Source of the DNA: an uncultured Hyphomicrobiales bacterium
GTDB lineage: Bacteria; Pseudomonadota; Alphaproteobacteria; Rhizobiales; Xanthobacteraceae
Assembly (NCBI GenBank): GCA_964538565.1
Contig: CAZIGW010000055.1
Span: 1,344 to 65,343 of the forward strand
Direction of reading: 5' to 3'
Length of the DNA stretch: 64,000 bases
In this document: positions 29,704-37,900 of the stretch, piece by piece
How positions within the stretch are numbered: the stretch's first letter is position 1
Layout: the number at the start of each line of letters is the position of its first letter
Notes under the pieces: generated by a model
What the model was told of the DNA's origin: nothing
Databases searched by the model: none
Seen by the model: only the letters and a program-made list of their open reading frames with translations
Made by a program: the position numbers and the translations under genes

Positions 29704-30666
29704 TCAGCCTTCGAGCCCGCTCGGGACGTTCTTGTTCTCGCTCGCAAGCTTCATGCCCGACGCGAGCGCCATCGTCTCCATCAGGGCGGCGAAGTCCTTC
29801 TGCAGATAGGCCTGCGGATCGGGCTGCAGCATCGCGGCGCCGAAGTGGCTCTGCAGCACTTCGCGCGCGGCGGCGGTCACCGGCATCGGCACGTCGTGCT
29901 CGCGCGCGAGTTCGAGGCCGAGATCGAGATCCTTGCGCAGAAGCTCCGGTGTGAACGTCGTCGTCCAGTCGAGATTGACGAGCGCCGGGCTCTTGTAGCG
30001 CGTGAACATCGAGCCCATCACGCTGTTGTTCATGAAGGCGAGGAACGCGTGGCGCGGCACGCCCATCTTGTTGGCGAGCAGCGTGATCTCGATCAGGTTC
30101 TCGATCACGACGCCGAGCATCACGTTGTGGGCGATCTTGCAGATACGCGCGAGCTCTCCGTCGCCTACGAACGAGACGCCCTGCGGCGCGAACACCTCGA
30201 TCATCGGCATCACCGTCTTGCACGCGGCTTCGGGCCCGGAGATCACCGCGGAGAGCCGGCCCGCCTTGATGACCTTGGCGTTGCCGCTCACCGGCGCGGC
30301 GACGAAATCGACGCCCTTTTCCTTGAGCCGGGCGCGGACGGCGGCCGATTCCTCGACCGCGATGGTCGAACAGTCGACGAAGATGCCGGGCAGCTTGTCC
30401 TTGGCGTTGGCGACGATGCCGTCCTTGCCGAAATAGACCTGCTCGAGATCCTTGCCGGTCGACACGATCGCGAACAGCACGTCGACCCCGGCGAGTTCGA
30501 CCGGCTCGTCGACCACCTTTCCGCCGATGGCGGAGAGCGGCTCGGCCTTGGCGCGGGTGCGGTTCCAGATCGACACGTCATAGCCGGCCTTCAACAGCCG
30601 TTCGGCCATCGGGTAGCCCATTCGCCCCACGCCGATCCAGCCGATCTTCTGCTTGCCCTGCGCCAT
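29704..30666 (-). CDS. NAD(P)-dependent beta-hydroxyacid dehydrogenase (HIBADH/tartronate semialdehyde reductase family)
   Basis: ORF 29704..30666(-). Rossmann motif IGWIGVGRMGYPMAERL. 6PGDH-type NAD-binding and C-terminal helical domains. Confidence 0.85.
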   Translation of the reverse strand: MAQGKQKIGWIGVGRMGYPMAERLLKAGYDVSIWNRTRAKAEPLSAIGGKVVDEPVELAGVDVLFAIVSTGKDLEQVYFGKDGIVANAKDKLPGIFVDCSTIAVEESAAVRARLKEKGVDFVAAPVSGNAKVIKAGRLSAVISGPEAACKTVMPMIEVFAPQGVSFVGDGELARICKIAHNVMLGVVIENLIEITLLANKMGVPRHAFLAFMNNSVMGSMFTRYKSPALVNLDWTTTFTPELLRKDLDLGLELAREHDVPMPVTAAAREVLQSHFGAAMLQPDPQAYLQKDFAALMETMALASGMKLASENKNVPSGLEG

Positions 30667-31058
30667 GATTTGTCTCCATCGGGGTACGCGGCGCGCTTGC
30701 CCGCGCGTGAGCCGAGGCCCCTATCACAGCGCCTCCGGGGCTTCAACCGCGTGCGCGCGCAGGTCTGCGCGGCGGTGCGACGAAGGGTCTCCGGCCTGCC
30801 CATGCTTTGCCCGATCCAAGAGCCCGCGCCGCAACGTATGCTTGTCGCGGCGCGCCGGGACGGACTATTCTCGGCGCCCACAGGCCGGGCAACCGACAAC
30901 AACAAACCAGGCCGGACCGGGAGGAAAACGATGGCTCGGGCGTTCCGCGCGGCAGCGCAGCCGGACACCGCAATTTGCGCAGAAATCTCCGCGCCGGCCG
31001 ACCCCGCGGCCGCCGCGCGCCCGCCCGCCTTGCACCGCGCGTGATCGCCCGACGTCCG

Positions 31059-31898
31059 ATGCCCAGCGCCATTCCTGCCGCAGCCCACGACCAGCCGCTT
31101 CCCGCCGAACCGGCAGTGGACAAGACCGGCAGCCGCCTGCGCGCCGCCGCGCGGGTCGCATTTCCGTTCGTCGTCGTTGGAGGCCTGTGGGAGATCGTCG
31201 CCCACCTCGGCATCTTCCCGGCGCGGCTGTTTCCGTCGATCGAGGACGTTTTCGCGACCTTCGTGCAGCTCGCCGCCTCCGGCGTGCTGCTGCACCACGC
31301 GATCGACACCGTCATCCGCCTGCTCGCCGGATTTGCGCTCGCGGCCGTCGCCGGCGTGGCGATCGGCATCGCGATGGGGCGTTCACGCTTCGCCGAAGAC
31401 ATCTTCCTCCCCCTGGTGAGCATCGGAGCGCCCATTCCGGGGCTCGCCTATGCACCGCTTTTTCTGCTGTGGTTCGGACTCGGCAACGTATCCGCCGTCC
31501 TGCTGGTCGGCTTCGTCTCGGCCTTTCCGGTGATCATCAACAGCTGGACGGGTGTGAAAGCCGTCAAGGACATCTGGGTGCGCTCCGCGCAGGCGATGGG
31601 GGCCGACAACCGGCGCCTGTTCCGGCTGGTGATCGTGCCGGGCGCATTGCCCTACATCCTCACCGGCCTGCGTCTCGGGCTGGCGCAGGCCTGGCGCATC
31701 CTCGTGGCGGTGGAGATGCTCGCGGCGGTTCCCTGGGGCCTCGGCTGGCTCATCTTCGGGGCGCGGGAATTCCTCAACACTGACGTCATGCTGGCCGGCA
31801 TCGCGGTGATCGCCGTCATCGGGCTGGCGCTCGAGAAGCTCGTGTTCCAGCGGCTCGAAGAGTTCACGGTCGTGCGCTGGGGGATGATGGTCGCATGA
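31059..31898 (+). CDS. NitT/TauT-family ABC permease (1 of 2)
   Basis: Tail of ORF 30807..31898 from ATG 31059. Motifs FPFVVVGGLWEIVAHLGIFPARLFPS and MGADNRRLFRLVIVPGALPYILTGLRL, typical of SsuC/TauC-like permeases. Confidence 0.85.
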   Translation: MPSAIPAAAHDQPLPAEPAVDKTGSRLRAAARVAFPFVVVGGLWEIVAHLGIFPARLFPSIEDVFATFVQLAASGVLLHHAIDTVIRLLAGFALAAVAGVAIGIAMGRSRFAEDIFLPLVSIGAPIPGLAYAPLFLLWFGLGNVSAVLLVGFVSAFPVIINSWTGVKAVKDIWVRSAQAMGADNRRLFRLVIVPGALPYILTGLRLGLAQAWRILVAVEMLAAVPWGLGWLIFGAREFLNTDVMLAGIAVIAVIGLALEKLVFQRLEEFTVVRWGMMVA

Positions 31899-32686
31899 GC
31901 GGGCGCGGCGAACGCATGCATTCCTTCGTGCGCGCGAGCGTCACGCTCATGTTCGTCGCCGCCGCCTACGAGGCGACCGCGCGCAGCGGCTTCTTCGCCC
32001 CGGCGCTGCTGCCGACGCTGCCGACCGTCACCCACACGCTCGTCGGCATGCTGGCGGACGGCACCATGCTCGACCACGCCGCGCACACGCTCCTGCGCGT
32101 GCTGGTCGGCTTTGCGTTTTCCGTCGCGGTCGGGCTTCCGCTCGGCATCCTGATGGCGCGCGTGCGCGCAGTCGAGAACTTCGTGCTGCCGCTGGCGAGC
32201 GCGCTGATGCCGATCCCCTCGCTCGCCTGGGTGCCGGTGTTCATCCTGTGGTTCGGCATCGGCGACACCGTCGCCGTCCTGATCGTGTTCTACGCCTCGC
32301 TGTTCCCGATGCTGCTCAACACGTGGTCGGGTGTACGCGCGGTCAATCCGCTGTGGCTGCGGGCGGCCGGCGCCATGGGGGCGAGCGAGCGCGCGCTGTT
32401 CTGGAAGGTGATCATCCCGGGCGCCTCGCCGTTCATCATCGTCGGCCTGCGCCAGGCCTTCCTGCGCTCCTGGATCGCGGTGGTCGGCGCCGAAATGCTG
32501 GCGGCCTCCGACTGGGGCCTCGGCTGGGTGATCTTCGACGCCAAGGAATTCCTCAACGCCGACGTCATGCTCGCCGCGCTCGCCGTCATCGGCTGCATCG
32601 GCTTCGTGTTCGAGCGGCTGGTGTTCGGCTCGCTCGAGCGCGCGACCGTCATGCGCTGGGGCATGGTACGGCCGACCAAGACGTAG
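31895..32686 (+). CDS. NitT/TauT-family ABC permease (2 of 2)
   Basis: ORF 31895..32686, ATGA overlap with the previous permease. Motif MGASERALFWKVIIPGASPFIIVGLRQ. Confidence 0.88.
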   Translation: MSGRGERMHSFVRASVTLMFVAAAYEATARSGFFAPALLPTLPTVTHTLVGMLADGTMLDHAAHTLLRVLVGFAFSVAVGLPLGILMARVRAVENFVLPLASALMPIPSLAWVPVFILWFGIGDTVAVLIVFYASLFPMLLNTWSGVRAVNPLWLRAAGAMGASERALFWKVIIPGASPFIIVGLRQAFLRSWIAVVGAEMLAASDWGLGWVIFDAKEFLNADVMLAALAVIGCIGFVFERLVFGSLERATVMRWGMVRPTKT

Positions 32687-32710
32687 AACCGCAGAGAAAC
32701 GGAAACCGGA

Positions 32711-33472
32711 ATGCTGCCGATCGAAGTGCGCGACGTCTCCCTCATCTATGCGACGCCCAGCGGCAAGGTGCCGGGCGTGCAAGGCGTCAGCTTCGCCATG
32801 GAGGCATCGGAGTTCCTCTGCATCGTCGGCCCGAGCGGTTGCGGCAAGTCGACGCTGCTCAACATCATCGCGGGATTCCTGAGCCCGGCGGCCGGCGAGA
32901 TCCGCATCGGCGGCAAGGCGGTGACCGGCCACGGGCTCGACCGCGGCGTCGTGTTCCAGGACTTCGCGCAGCTGTTTCCCTGGCGCACCGCGCTCGGCAA
33001 CGTCGCCTTCGGGCTGGTGATGAAGGGCGTCGGCAAGGCCGAGCGCGAAGAGATCGCCATGAAGCAGCTTCGCCTGGTGAAGCTGGAAAAATTCGCCCGA
33101 TCCTATCCGCATCATCTCTCGGGCGGCATGCAGCAGCGCGTCGCCATCGCCCGCGCGCTCGCCTACAACCCGGCGGTGCTGCTGATGGACGAGCCGTTCG
33201 CCGCGCTCGACGCGCTGACCCGCGACGATATGCAGCGGCTGTTGGCCGACGTATGGCGCGAGACGCGCAAGACCGTGATCTACGTGACCCACAACGTCGC
33301 GGAAGCGGTCTATCTCGCCGACCGGGTCATCGTCATGACCCCGCACCCCGGCACGGTGAAGACCGAGGTGCCGATCGCGCTGCCGCGGCCGCGCGATCCG
33401 CTGAGCGTCGAATTTCTGGAGCACCAGAAGGAACTCCTTCGCTACCTCGGCGAACAGGCCGGGAGCGCCTGA
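32711..33472 (+). CDS. NitT/TauT-family ABC ATP-binding protein
   Basis: ORF 32711..33472. Motifs GPSGCGKST, LSGGMQQRVAIARAL, LLMDEPFAALD. Confidence 0.9.
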   Translation: MLPIEVRDVSLIYATPSGKVPGVQGVSFAMEASEFLCIVGPSGCGKSTLLNIIAGFLSPAAGEIRIGGKAVTGHGLDRGVVFQDFAQLFPWRTALGNVAFGLVMKGVGKAEREEIAMKQLRLVKLEKFARSYPHHLSGGMQQRVAIARALAYNPAVLLMDEPFAALDALTRDDMQRLLADVWRETRKTVIYVTHNVAEAVYLADRVIVMTPHPGTVKTEVPIALPRPRDPLSVEFLEHQKELLRYLGEQAGSA

Positions 33473-33516
33473 CGAGGAGCAAAGGGCCGATCCGTCACCG
33501 AGAGGGAGGAAGCAAC

Positions 33517-34509
33517 ATGACAACACGGCACGCAGGAATGACCCGCCGCCAGGTCCTCGCCGCCAGCGGCGCGGGCGTGCTGGCCGCCGGGCTCGGACCC
33601 TCGCTGCCCGCGCTCGCACTCGCGACCGTGCGCCAGGGGTATCAGACGAACATCTGGGGCATGCCGACTTACTATCTGATGCGGTCGGGCCTGCTGGAGA
33701 AGCACGGCATCAAGTTCGAGGAATTCGCGGTGCCGTCCGGCAACCTCACCATGCAGCAGATGGTCGCCCGCCAGGTCGATCTCGGCACCTATGCGGGCCA
33801 GTCCTTCATCATCGGCAATGCGCGCGGCGGCCTCGTCGCGATCGCCAACATCGAATACGTGGGCCGCACCACGCGCGTCATGGCGCGCAAGGAGCTCAAC
33901 ATCAAGAAGATCGAGGACCTGCGCGGCAAGAAGGTCGCCAACCAGACCGGCTCCTCGATCGGCAACGTGTTCGTCGACACGATCGCGCCGGCGCACGGCC
34001 TCAAGAAGGGCGACTATCAGGAAGTCCGCATGGACGTGAACGACATGGTGGCGGCCATGGCGGCCAAGACCGTGGACGCCATGGTCAACGTTGAGCCCTA
34101 CAACGCCATCGCCGAAGCGGACGGCATCGCGACGACCATCATGGACTACTGGGACGTCGACAAGATGCCGGTGTTCATGGCGGCGACGCCCGAATTCGTG
34201 CAGCAGAATCCCGACACGGTCGTGGCCTATCTGAAGGCCTGGCTCGACGCCGGGCGCGACTTCAAGGAGAACCCGAAGAAGGTGGCCGACGTGATCTACG
34301 CCTTCTACAAGGAGAAGGGCTACAAGATGTCGCTCGACACCTTCCAGAAGGCGATGTCGCGCATCGAGGTCAACCCCGGCTTTCCGAAGGACCTCGACCC
34401 CTACATGCAGGAGCAGGCGGAGATCCTGCTCAAGGCGAAGAAGATCAAGGCGATTCCGGACTGGAAAAAGGCACTGCGCACGGAATTCATGGACAAGGCC
34501 CGGGCCTGA
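33517..34509 (+). CDS. NitT/TauT-family (NMT1/SsuA-like) periplasmic binding protein with Tat-type signal
   Basis: Tail of ORF 32248..34509 from ATG 33517 (GGAGGAAG SD). Signal MTTRHAGMTRRQVLAASGAGVLAAGLGPSLPALALA. Confidence 0.82.
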   Translation: MTTRHAGMTRRQVLAASGAGVLAAGLGPSLPALALATVRQGYQTNIWGMPTYYLMRSGLLEKHGIKFEEFAVPSGNLTMQQMVARQVDLGTYAGQSFIIGNARGGLVAIANIEYVGRTTRVMARKELNIKKIEDLRGKKVANQTGSSIGNVFVDTIAPAHGLKKGDYQEVRMDVNDMVAAMAAKTVDAMVNVEPYNAIAEADGIATTIMDYWDVDKMPVFMAATPEFVQQNPDTVVAYLKAWLDAGRDFKENPKKVADVIYAFYKEKGYKMSLDTFQKAMSRIEVNPGFPKDLDPYMQEQAEILLKAKKIKAIPDWKKALRTEFMDKARA

Positions 34510-34576
34510 ACCCGGCCGCCGCCGGGCGCGCCGTGCAGGCCTGTTGATCCCCGCGCGCATGAAGACTAAACGAGGA

Positions 34577-34600
34577 GGCCGGCGCGTCGCCGGCCCTTTC
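34577..34600 (+). terminator. Intercistronic hairpin (possible attenuating terminator or mRNA stabiliser) between the SBP gene and the LVIVD gene
   Basis: GGCCGGCG-CGT-CGCCGGCC (perfect 8 bp) followed by the weak tail CTTTC. Confidence 0.3.
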
Positions 34601-34649
34601 GCCGCCGGACCCGAATTTCCGTTTTTGTTGATCCCGCATGGAGAGCCGC

Positions 34650-35900
34650 ATGAACGTCGCCGAGAAGAACCCGACAAAAAAGGGCATGTCCGAACCGATT
34701 ACGTGGAATTTCAAGCTGCTCGCCCAGCACGAACTCGACGGCTTCGGCGGCATGGGCGAAGGGATGGCGGTCCAGGTCGCCAAGGACGGCCGCCGCATCA
34801 TCTGGCTCGCGCACGAGAGCGCGCCGAAGAACTTCACGGCCGTCGACGTCTCCGACCCGCGCAAGCCGAAGGTCGTGGTGCAGACGGATCTGCCGCAGAG
34901 CCACATGCGCTCGAACTCGCTGGAGATCTCGGGCGACATCATGGCGGTCGCCTACCAGACCCAGAAGGTCGGGCAGCAGCCGGCCGGCTTCGAGCTGTTC
35001 GACATCTCCGTGCCGGAGAAGCCGAAGTCGATCGTCTTCGTGGACGCCTCGGGTCCCTATTCGCGCGGCGTTCACCAGCTCTGGTTCTGCGACGGCGAAT
35101 ACGTCCACATGGCGTCCGGCGCGGCCGACTTCAAGCCGACGCATCCGCTCGACGACCAGTGCTACCGCATCTTCGACGTGCGCAACCCCTCGAAGCCGAC
35201 CGAGGTCGGCCGCTGGTGGCTGCCCGGCACGCGCGAGGGCGACGGCGCGCCGCCGCCGGTGCGCCACACGCACATGGACAAGGGCTTCCGCGCCCACAAC
35301 ACCAACGTCTATCCGCAGCGTCCCGACCGCTGCTACCTCGGCTACATCGACGCCGGCATGTTCATCATGGATATTTCCGACAAGTCGAAGCCGAAGCCGA
35401 TCGCCCGCTGGGACAATTCGCCGCCCTACACCGGCTTCACCCACACGGTGCTGCCGCTGTTCGAGCGCAACCTGCTGGTCGTCACCGACGAGTCGACCGT
35501 CGACGACGCCAAGGACTGGCCGAAGCTGATCTGGATCCTCGACGCGCGCGAGGAGAGCAATCCGGTTCCGATCGCCACCTGCCCGATTCCGGACTACGAG
35601 TCGTTCATGCACCGCGGCGGGCGCTTCGGCGCGCACAACATCTTCGAGAACACGCCCTCGCCGTACGCCTGGCACTCCGACCAGGTGATCGTCGGCACGT
35701 TCTTCAACGGCGGGCTGCGCGCCTACGACATCTCCAATCCGTACCAGCCGAAGCCGGCCGCGACCTTCGTGCCGCCGGCCCCGGCACTCAATCCGCACGG
35801 CACGATCCAGCTCAACGACGTGTTCATCGACGAGCGCGAGATCGTCTACACGGTCGACCGCCACAGCGGTGGGCTCTACATCCTGGAGATGGACTTCTGA
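34650..35900 (+). CDS. Cytoplasmic LVIVD-repeat beta-propeller protein, function unknown
   Basis: Track ORF 34638..35900. The second ATG (34650) has GGAGAG 4 nt upstream. Repeated blade motif: NFTAVDVSDPRKPKVV, GFELFDISVPEKPKSI, CYRIFDVRNPSKPTEV, GMFIMDISDKSKPKPI, GLRAYDISNPYQPKPA. No signal peptide. Confidence 0.8.
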   Translation: MNVAEKNPTKKGMSEPITWNFKLLAQHELDGFGGMGEGMAVQVAKDGRRIIWLAHESAPKNFTAVDVSDPRKPKVVVQTDLPQSHMRSNSLEISGDIMAVAYQTQKVGQQPAGFELFDISVPEKPKSIVFVDASGPYSRGVHQLWFCDGEYVHMASGAADFKPTHPLDDQCYRIFDVRNPSKPTEVGRWWLPGTREGDGAPPPVRHTHMDKGFRAHNTNVYPQRPDRCYLGYIDAGMFIMDISDKSKPKPIARWDNSPPYTGFTHTVLPLFERNLLVVTDESTVDDAKDWPKLIWILDAREESNPVPIATCPIPDYESFMHRGGRFGAHNIFENTPSPYAWHSDQVIVGTFFNGGLRAYDISNPYQPKPAATFVPPAPALNPHGTIQLNDVFIDEREIVYTVDRHSGGLYILEMDF

Positions 35901-35989
35901 CCGCGCTGCGGATCTTCCCCTCCGCGGAGGCGGGACTCTTCGGCCGCCGGCACAAGCGCGAACGCGGCACGCGTCTCCCGGTCACGATC

Positions 35990-36955
35990 GTGACCGGGTT
36001 TCTCGGAGCCGGAAAGACCACTCTGGTGAGGCACTTTCTGGCTTCGCCGGAAGGGCGCGGCACCGCCGTGGTGGTCAACGAGTTCGGGGCGACCGGCATC
36101 GACGATGCGCTCCTGCGCGGCAGCACCGACGAGACCGTGCTGCTCGGCAACGGCTGCCTGTGCTGCAACGTCCGCACCGACCTGCAGGTCGCGCTGCGCA
36201 CGCTGGTCGCCGAGCGCGAGCGCGGCCTCGTCCCGCACTTCGGCCGCATCGTGATCGAGACGAGCGGTCTCGCGGACCCCGGCCCCATTCTCTCGACATT
36301 TGCGACCGACCGGGCGCTGGGCGGCGAATTTTGCGTCGAGACGGTGCTGGTGGCGGTCGATGCCGCGACCGGCATTTCGACCCTCGATCAGTTCTCCGAG
36401 GCGCGCCGCCAGGCGATCCTCGCCGACCGGCTGGTGTTGACGAAGACCGATCTCGCCGACGACGCCACCCTCGTGCAGCTGCGCGCGCGCCTGCGCGTGC
36501 TCAATCCGCGCGCGGACATCAGGCTGGCGCGGCACGGCGCGCTTGATCCGGCCTGCTTCGTCTCGGCGCCCGCGCAGGCCGGACCCGCGTCGGGATTCCT
36601 CGCCGAGGCCGCGCACAGCGACGGCATCCAGAGCTTCGTGCTGGTCGATGAACGTCCGATCGCCTGGGAGACGTTCGAACGCGCGATGCAGACGCTCCTT
36701 TCGCTGCGCGGGCGCGATCTTCTGCGCATCAAGGGGCTGCTGCATGTCGCGGGAGCGCGCGGGCCGATCGTGGTGCAGTTCGTTCAGCACCTCGCGCATC
36801 CGCCGGTCGAGCTCACCGCCTGGCCCGATGCGGGGCGCGCGAGCCGCCTCGTCTTCATCGCCCGCGACGTGAGCCAGCGCCAGGTCGAGGACCTGTTCGC
36901 GGCCGTGCGTGCGCTGGGAACATCCTCCCGCGAGGGGAATTCCGTTTCGCCGTAG
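35990..36955 (+). CDS. COG0523 / CobW-family G3E GTPase (putative metallochaperone); true start probably upstream and non-canonical
   Basis: Tail of track ORF 34544..36955. P-loop GFLGAGKTT, CxCC motif GCLCCN, ETSGLADP, LTKTDL, CobW C-terminal domain. The only canonical start after the upstream stop is GTG 35990, which would remove the conserved beta-1 strand LPVTIV. CTG 35897 overlaps the upstream TGA. Confidence 0.8.
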   Translation: MTGFLGAGKTTLVRHFLASPEGRGTAVVVNEFGATGIDDALLRGSTDETVLLGNGCLCCNVRTDLQVALRTLVAERERGLVPHFGRIVIETSGLADPGPILSTFATDRALGGEFCVETVLVAVDAATGISTLDQFSEARRQAILADRLVLTKTDLADDATLVQLRARLRVLNPRADIRLARHGALDPACFVSAPAQAGPASGFLAEAAHSDGIQSFVLVDERPIAWETFERAMQTLLSLRGRDLLRIKGLLHVAGARGPIVVQFVQHLAHPPVELTAWPDAGRASRLVFIARDVSQRQVEDLFAAVRALGTSSREGNSVSP

Positions 36956-37010
36956 AGCGTACGATCGAGAAGGACGGCGCGGGCGCGGCGGACCGCCGCC
37001 TCGCCGTTGC

Positions 37011-37868
37011 TCAATTGTGGTCGCGGCCGGTGATTTCCTCCTGCCAGGGCGCGACCCAATGCTCGAACACGCCGATCAGGCTGTTGAGACCGATCGCCAT
37101 CACCATCAGGATGATGATCGGCACGAACATCGTCGCGGTGTCGAAATTGTTGGCGGAGTTGATGATGATGGCGCCGAGCCCGGAAATCGTGGTGAAGAAC
37201 TCGGCGATCACCATGCCGACCACGGCGCGGCCGACCGCGAGGCGGATGCCCGCCATGATGTAGGGCAGCGTCGCCGGCAGGATGATGCGCCGCAGGATCA
37301 CGTGATCCGGCGCCACGAAGGACTTGCCGACCTCGATCAGGCTCTTGGGGACCGCGGTCACACCGAGCCAGGTGTTGATGCAGATCGGGAACACCGACAT
37401 CAGCAGCACGACCGCCGCCTTCACGGCAAAGCCGAGCCCGAGCCACAGCACGAGCAGCGGCACCAGCGCAACCAGCGGCATGGCGTAGCCGGCGGTGACG
37501 TAGATTCCGAGCCCGGCCTCGAGTGCGCGGAAGCGCCCGATCACGAGCCCGAGCGGCACCCCGATGAGGATCGCGAGCCCGTAGCCGAGCACGAACGGCT
37601 GCAGACTCTCGAACAGGGCCGAGCCCAGCTTGCCGCTGCGCAGGAGATCCACGAAGGCGACCGCGATGGCGCTCGGATAGGACCCGAACACCGGATTGAT
37701 GTCGCGGCCGAAGATCTCCCACAGGACGACCGCTCCGCCGAGCGACAGCGTGGTGATCGCCCAGCGCGGCAACGTGCGTCTTGCGGGCGCGGTCACGGGC
37801 TTGTCCGCGGCATCCTGAGGCTGCGTTGTCTGAACCCGGGCGGTTTGACTGCCGACGATCTCGGTCAT
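37011..37868 (-). CDS. NitT/TauT-family ABC permease (second system)
   Basis: C-terminal 285 codons of track ORF 37011..38543(-), from ATG 37868. Motifs LSLGGAVVLWEIFGRDINPVFGSYPS and KSFVAPDHVILRRIILPATLPYIMAGIRL. Confidence 0.85.
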   Translation of the reverse strand: MTEIVGSQTARVQTTQPQDAADKPVTAPARRTLPRWAITTLSLGGAVVLWEIFGRDINPVFGSYPSAIAVAFVDLLRSGKLGSALFESLQPFVLGYGLAILIGVPLGLVIGRFRALEAGLGIYVTAGYAMPLVALVPLLVLWLGLGFAVKAAVVLLMSVFPICINTWLGVTAVPKSLIEVGKSFVAPDHVILRRIILPATLPYIMAGIRLAVGRAVVGMVIAEFFTTISGLGAIIINSANNFDTATMFVPIIILMVMAIGLNSLIGVFEHWVAPWQEEITGRDHN

Positions 37869-37900
37869 GGTGTTTCCACTCGTCGAATTCGGTGAAGCGT

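Noticed and set aside
27978-29747. N-terminal 590 codons of track ORF 26805..29747(-), which would make a 980-aa protein fused to the LivK-like binding protein
   Set aside because: The extension is antisense to the M24 gene and crosses a 369-bp intergenic region. The binding protein has its own ATG (27977) followed at once by a signal peptide. The same logic was applied to the composite ORFs 24851..26776, 6357..8195, 10711..12357, 32248..34509, 37011..38543 and 37901..38962.
34544-35896. Upstream part of track ORF 34544..36955, which would give an 803-aa CobW fusion protein
   Set aside because: This part is an alternative frame of the LVIVD gene and gives Arg/Pro/Ala-rich nonsense. Only the last 320-350 codons are CobW-like. 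The real start problem is reported as a separate finding.
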